64,000 nt of DNA. It comes from Paraspadella gotoi (taxonomy: Eukaryota; Animalia; Chaetognatha). Positions 54,008-64,000 of the stretch are shown here, piece after piece; position 1 is the stretch's first letter, and each line of letters opens with the position of its first letter. The stretch is taken from NCBI GenBank assembly GCA_051294375.1, contig CM119269.1:20130814-20194813 (forward strand), in the 5' to 3' direction. The translations under genes and the position numbers were made by a program. Under the pieces are notes generated by a model. That model saw nothing but the letters and a program-made list of their open reading frames with translations. It made no database searches and was not told the DNA's origin.

Positions 54008-54439
54008 TTAGTCATCCTTCTTGTCTTCCTTGTCTTCCTTGTCTTTCTTGTCTTTGTCGTCCTTTTTTTCCTTTTTGTCCTTATCTTTGTCCTTGTCGCA
54101 TTTGTCGTCCTTGTCGTCCTTGTCTTTTTTGTCCTTGTCTTTTTTGTCTTTGTTGCCCTTCTTTTTCTTCTCCTTCTTCTCTTTCTTTTCCCCTCCTTCT
54201 CCTTCACTCTCCGAAGACGACGAGGAAGAAGAAGAGGACGAGGATGAAGACGAGGATTCCTCTCCTTCCTTCTTCTCCTTGTCCTTGTCTTTCTTATCTT
54301 TGTCCTTCTTGTCCTTTTTTCCCTTCTTTTCCTTCTTTTCTTCTTTCTTCTCCTTTCCTTCCGCCTTTCCTTCTTCCTTTTCCTCTTTCTTTTCCTTCAA
54401 TGCTTCCGTCAGCGCAGATGTATCAATTCCGTCCGCCAT
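54008..54439 (-). CDS. 143-aa K/D/E-rich, intrinsically disordered protein with a central poly-Ser tract
   Basis: ATG follows the acceptor tttcag|aaaaaaATG. Synonymous codons vary, so this is not a simple microsatellite. Candidate upstream UTR exon donor at ~55104 and TATA at 55881-55889. Confidence 0.75.
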   Translation of the reverse strand: MADGIDTSALTEALKEKKEEKEEGKAEGKEKKEEKKEKKGKKDKKDKDKKDKDKEKKEGEESSSSSSSSSSSSSSSESEGEGGEKKEKKEKKKKGNKDKKDKDKKDKDDKDDKCDKDKDKDKKEKKDDKDKKDKEDKEDKKDD

Positions 54440-54494
54440 TTTTTTCTGAAAAAAAAACGAATAAAAGTTAACATCTCTCCCTCTCTCTCTCTCC

Positions 54495-54525
<31 letters not shown>

Positions 54526-55464
54526 TCTCTCTGTTTTCAGGCTAGATACTACATAACAGTTGCAATTTTTTTTTGGTGCTTATAGTTAAAATAGAAAAAC
54601 ACTCAAAAATATGCAATTTGCCAAAACTCGCATTCTTGTTTCCCGCGCCAAAGGTCAGTATGACCTTCTGTCGTTAAAACACCTATCTCTCTCTCCTCTC
54701 TCTTTCTCTCTCTCTCACTCTCTCTCTTTTTCTCTCTCTCTTTCTTTCTTTTCTTTTCTCTCATTTTATCATTCTCCTTTATTTCTGATTCTAAATCTGT
54801 GATAATTCACGGTTAATAATTATAATAATTTTTGACAAGTAATTACTACCATTAAAAGCGGTCATTTAAGACGATTTAATTTTCTTCTAGTTACGTTTGA
54901 ACTTTAGTAAGTTTCTAAGTCTAAGAGCTTAAAATTATTAAAAACTAATGAAAAATAGATAAACAAGTTTTAAAAATAGAAATTAACAAGATAAAACTCC
55001 GACCGAAGAGAGAAGATTTTTATTTAATAATGAGGTAAAAAAAATACACTACGGAACATTTATTTCTGTTTTACCTATAATAATTTTTTTTTTCATTAAC
55101 TAACCTTCAACGATTGAAAGTCGATGAGGAAGAAAGACACGTGGAGACGAATCGAGAGGTGAGTCTGAAGAAGTTGACCTTTTTGTGGAACGAGAAAAAT
55201 GGACAATTTTGACAATTATCAATTAATTAAGCGGAAAAAAAAAGAACAAGGTCAAATAGAAATGAGAAAAGGAAACGTTGATCGAAATCGATGCGGAAAT
55301 TTTGGCGACAAGAAAATAAATAAAATGAAAATAGAAAAGCGTTCGCTCATCGGTGGAGAAGGAAAGACGAAAAAGACGAAAATCCAGAAATACGAAACAT
55401 TTCAATCTCTCTCTCTCTCTTTTTTCTTTTTTCCTTTTTTTCTTTTCCTCTCTTTCCCTCTCCC

Positions 55465-55529
<65 letters not shown>

Positions 55530-55879
55530 ACGCCGGACCCCTTTTCCAGCTTCGCCTCGTCTGGGCTTCGTCGAAACACCGCGTCGTTTTTTAGTCAACA
55601 GTGTCGACGTTTTCCAAATATTGTAAACTGTGAATATATGAAAATTCGTTACGCTAATGTCAAACGCTTGTTTATTGAAAAATAGTCGCCAAAGTTCGCC
55701 GCTAATTTGGGAAATTTAAGAAAGACAAAAAATTGAAAAAAAAGTCACGAAAAAAAGGGGAGTTCGATAAGCAGCTGCTCTGTGTTTTTCTTGAGGTCAG
55801 GAAAGGTGAGGGCTGATGAAGCTGATGGGAAGCTGGAGAGAAACGGGAGCAAATGGGAAACCTGTGGGAGAATAATGTG

Positions 55880-55889
55880 CTATTTATAG
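55880..55889 (-). promoter_or_regulatory. TATA box overlapping a MEF2-consensus site (CTATAAATAG) upstream of the charged-protein gene
   Basis: Matches YTA(W)4TAR and TATAAA. It lies just downstream of a (CT)n tract on the minus strand, the same layout as the TnC promoter. Confidence 0.45.
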
Positions 55890-55913
55890 AACGAAGAGAG
55901 TTTGGGAAGCAGG

Positions 55914-55978
<65 letters not shown>

Positions 55979-57565
55979 CTCTGGCAAACGTCTTTATGAG
56001 GAAATAGACGAAGAGCAGACCCAAGTTATGTTTCATGGGTAAAAGTTTTTACGTAAATTTAATACTGCCGTCAGCCTATACTGAAAAATAATTATTTAAC
56101 AATTACAATTATTTCAGAAATGTTAAGATTGATAACTCTGGAGATGACTTTATTGGAGTGAAAAACTAACACGACGACAACAAGGACAACGACGACGATC
56201 ACGCCGAATGGTAGTTTATTTAATTATAACATTAATCTTCAGATTAAACAGATGAGAAAGCTTTCGTGATTTTAGGTTACCATGACATTTTTTCCGTTAT
56301 TAATATTATCAACGAAATCGTCGCGGCCCTTAACCCGCCTGTAACATGGTGTTACAGACTGATCCGAAGCTCAGGGACTGCTTCTGTCACTAACACATAA
56401 CAATTATTACTGTCTCTTCAAGATTGTTTTTGTTTTTACGAAACTTCGTTTTATTTGAAAAACCTAGTATTCTGCCAAATATTCTATTTTTTAAGGACAA
56501 TGGTAATTTTTTTTTCGTGTACCGAGTACTTTTTTTCGGAAACCATCGTAAACATTTTATTATTTATTATTTATTCTTCCGATCATTCATCTTCTGCTGG
56601 CATTGGTATTTTTTCTTTGGAAAGGTTATTCTTCAATTGTATCTGTTGTTGTTTTAATCCTATTTTTTTGCTTTCCACAATTTCAGTATGGATAACTGAA
56701 GTTTTAAAAGAATATCTGGGAGTAGATGGAGGCCATAACTACTTCAAATCAACTCCATTAGTATCTTGGCGGCTGTGGCCAATTCATTTAAGTCAACAAC
56801 CGAATCACCAGTTGTCAATCACCTCAATTACCATCACTCAATCACTTCGTTTGTCGAGTCACCAAAAAATCGGTTAAAACAGTCAGTCGGTGGAAGAAGG
56901 AATTTTGGATTTCGCCAGTGTTTTAATTTTTTAGAAGGGGAACAAATAAAGTCTATCTGGCTTTTTATGATTTTCGAAGAATTCAAAAAACTTCGGCCTC
57001 CATTCATTTATGTATTCAAAGCAATAAAATTTGGTTCGCTATTATCGAAAATAAAAGACAAACTATTAAATTGAAAAAAAAAACCAAAAAATAAAACAAA
57101 CAAACAAACAAACAAGCATTGCTTTTTTTGGATTGCTTTAGGATCATTTCTATTTCGAGAATTCTCATTTTGGTTAAAGAAAAGCTTACAAAATTATCAT
57201 TTTTGCTCAATTCAATACGATATTCCCTTCATCCGATTTATCGCTAAACTTTCACGGAAATTTCTGTAGCGATGATTACCGTCCGTTGTTGATCAATCTT
57301 TTACAACCTTTTATATTTACTATGTCGGTTTTACCAATCTCATAAGCTCCCGTTTTGAAGATTTACACTCTGCGGCCACCCCCCTCCTTATCCTACCGAC
57401 TTGCTCTCGGTGAAAGAAATTTAACCTTAGATGTCGGCCTTTGCGTCAAAAGAAGAATTGAACCGAGAGCCGATAAAATGAGGTAGCAGGTTTCCTGGTC
57501 ACAGTATCGCCGTGATCCTGGCGCAGTTTTTCGCGCCAACCGAGTTTCACGCGGATTTGCCAGGG

Positions 57566-58472
57566 ATGGAGGACTCAGAAACGGAAGGAACGGAGCTACA
57601 TTTAATTCGGGTTAGAGAAGTCGTCAGCATTTTTATTCACTTTTATTATTTTGAAAATCCTTTTAGGAAAACAAACTCGAGGAAAAATGTTGCGACGTCA
57701 GGGATTATTATCAAGTGATAACAATTCTTGGAATTCTCACCGCCATGACAGGTGATGAGGACATGAACACAAGGGAAACTCTTCATCAGTACCTCTTTTT
57801 CTATGGAAGAAACATAATTTTTCATAAGAACTGATTAATAATTAACTTCTCTGTATTAAGTTTTAACACTTGCATTGGTTACAGGCGTTTTCATCTTGGG
57901 CTACGGACTCTCCTCGCTTTTCACCGAATTTTACGAAGAAGATAACGAATCTACGTTGAGTCAACGAATTAATTTTTTAGCAATTACTCGGTTTTATTTA
58001 CTTATATATCTTCTTAATATAGTTGACTTATAGAATATCAAAAATAAGATGTGAGATTATTATTCCAAATTAAAGCTAAAGAAAAACATCACTATTTAAA
58101 AGAAATAAATAGATACATAATAAGCTTCAACTAAAATTGGTCGATTCCCACGTCGAACTAGAAAAAGCAACGACGCGGTTTCTCGGGTCAGTGCCATCCT
58201 CGTTGTCGGAGGCGTCTCTGCAGTGATGGGCGTCCTTTGTGTGTCTGTCGGCAACAAGATTTACCCTAGGGCGTGGATGTGTGCAAACAGGTTGGTAGTA
58301 GTATGCTTTGTTTAAAGAGCTTATTTAAGGCACTGGGAGTAGGTTATAAAAGAAATGCAAATCTCACAATGGAAATAGCGCCGTCTTGACAATATTTTTT
58401 TTCTTTTTTATTAGACAGAATGACGCCCAATGGCCGGAATACCGCGAAATGCTATTTCAATATCCTGAATAG
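57566..58472 (+). CDS. Uncharacterised 128-aa two-TM protein; exons 57566-57610, 57667-57751, 57885-57954, 58162-58290, 58415-58472
   Basis: Five phase-consistent GT-AG exons give MEDSETEGTELHLIRENKLEEKCCDVRDYYQVITILGILTAMTGVFILGYGLSSLFTEFYEEDNESTKSNDAVSRVSAILVVGGVSAVMGVLCVSVGNKIYPRAWMCANRQNDAQWPEYREMLFQYPE*. Confidence 0.7.
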
Positions 58473-58998
58473 TCGGTGGTGCTCTGTCGAATTTTGTCTG
58501 CGTCGAAATACTGTATATAAAAAAAAATATTGAATAATTGTTTTGCTAGTCATTACTCACTTCCTACCAAATATTAAGTCTAATTATAAATGTCAACATT
58601 AGAAAAAAAAACAGATCTGCTTATACATATTATATGTGCTTATATATATGCATATATGTTATAGCATATTACGGCTCTATGATTCAATGTCGGTCTTTCG
58701 GTCTGCCCCGATAGTTTAGTCGGTTCGTCAATTAAATCGTTTTAGAATTGTTGCGGGTTTTTCTCTCATAAAACAAACGCTATACAGGGTTTAAGCAGTC
58801 CAATTATAATTATATTTCTTAATAAAGACGTGATTCCAATTCGACATTAATAAACGTATATAGACGAACATGAGGAAACAATTTATTTCTAACGACAAAA
58901 ATGTTGACGAAATGAATTAAAATACGAGACTAAACAGAAAAAGGCAATGTAGAGATCTGAAATGATACGGCAAGTTACCGTAACGTTTCAGACGTATA

Positions 58999-63840
<4,842 letters not shown>

Positions 63841-64000
63841 CTGTAGTAGTTTTGAAAATGTGTAGTTCGAAAAGAGACGTTGAGGATATGAGCGATGGAA
63901 AGGAAAGACTGTGATTTGTGAATTAAAGAAGGAAAAAAAAAGATCTTAGACGCCAGGACTTCAGTAGAATAGATAAGCTAAAAATGTTAAATTGAAAGTT

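Noticed and set aside
57431-57565. Upstream in-frame ATG and TGA (57479-57481) suggesting selenocysteine or readthrough
   Set aside because: No redox motif or recognisable SECIS; more simply a uORF or UTR ahead of ATG 57566.

Overview
Eukaryotic (bilaterian invertebrate-type) genomic DNA: AT-rich, microsatellite-rich, with GT-AG introns, scaffold gaps and several indel-ridden near-duplicate blocks that look like long-read gap-fill artefacts. Genes were spliced by hand. They are: an RBM24/RBM38 (SUP-12) RRM gene (-); a complete 7-exon spermine synthase-family gene (+); an orphan two-TM gene (-); a thrombospondin reduced to signal peptide + type 3 repeats + C-terminal L-lectin domain (-); an invertebrate-type troponin C (+); a K/D/E-rich poly-Ser protein (-); a small orphan two-TM gene (+); and an ARM-TIR-SAM gene running off the right edge (-). 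The main lead is the spermine synthase homologue. It reads GGGIGG where aminopropyltransferases read GGGDGG, the Asp-to-Ile change characteristic of plant putrescine N-methyltransferases, so it may be an animal SAM-dependent polyamine N-methyltransferase. Family calls rest on recalled motifs; no database search was run.
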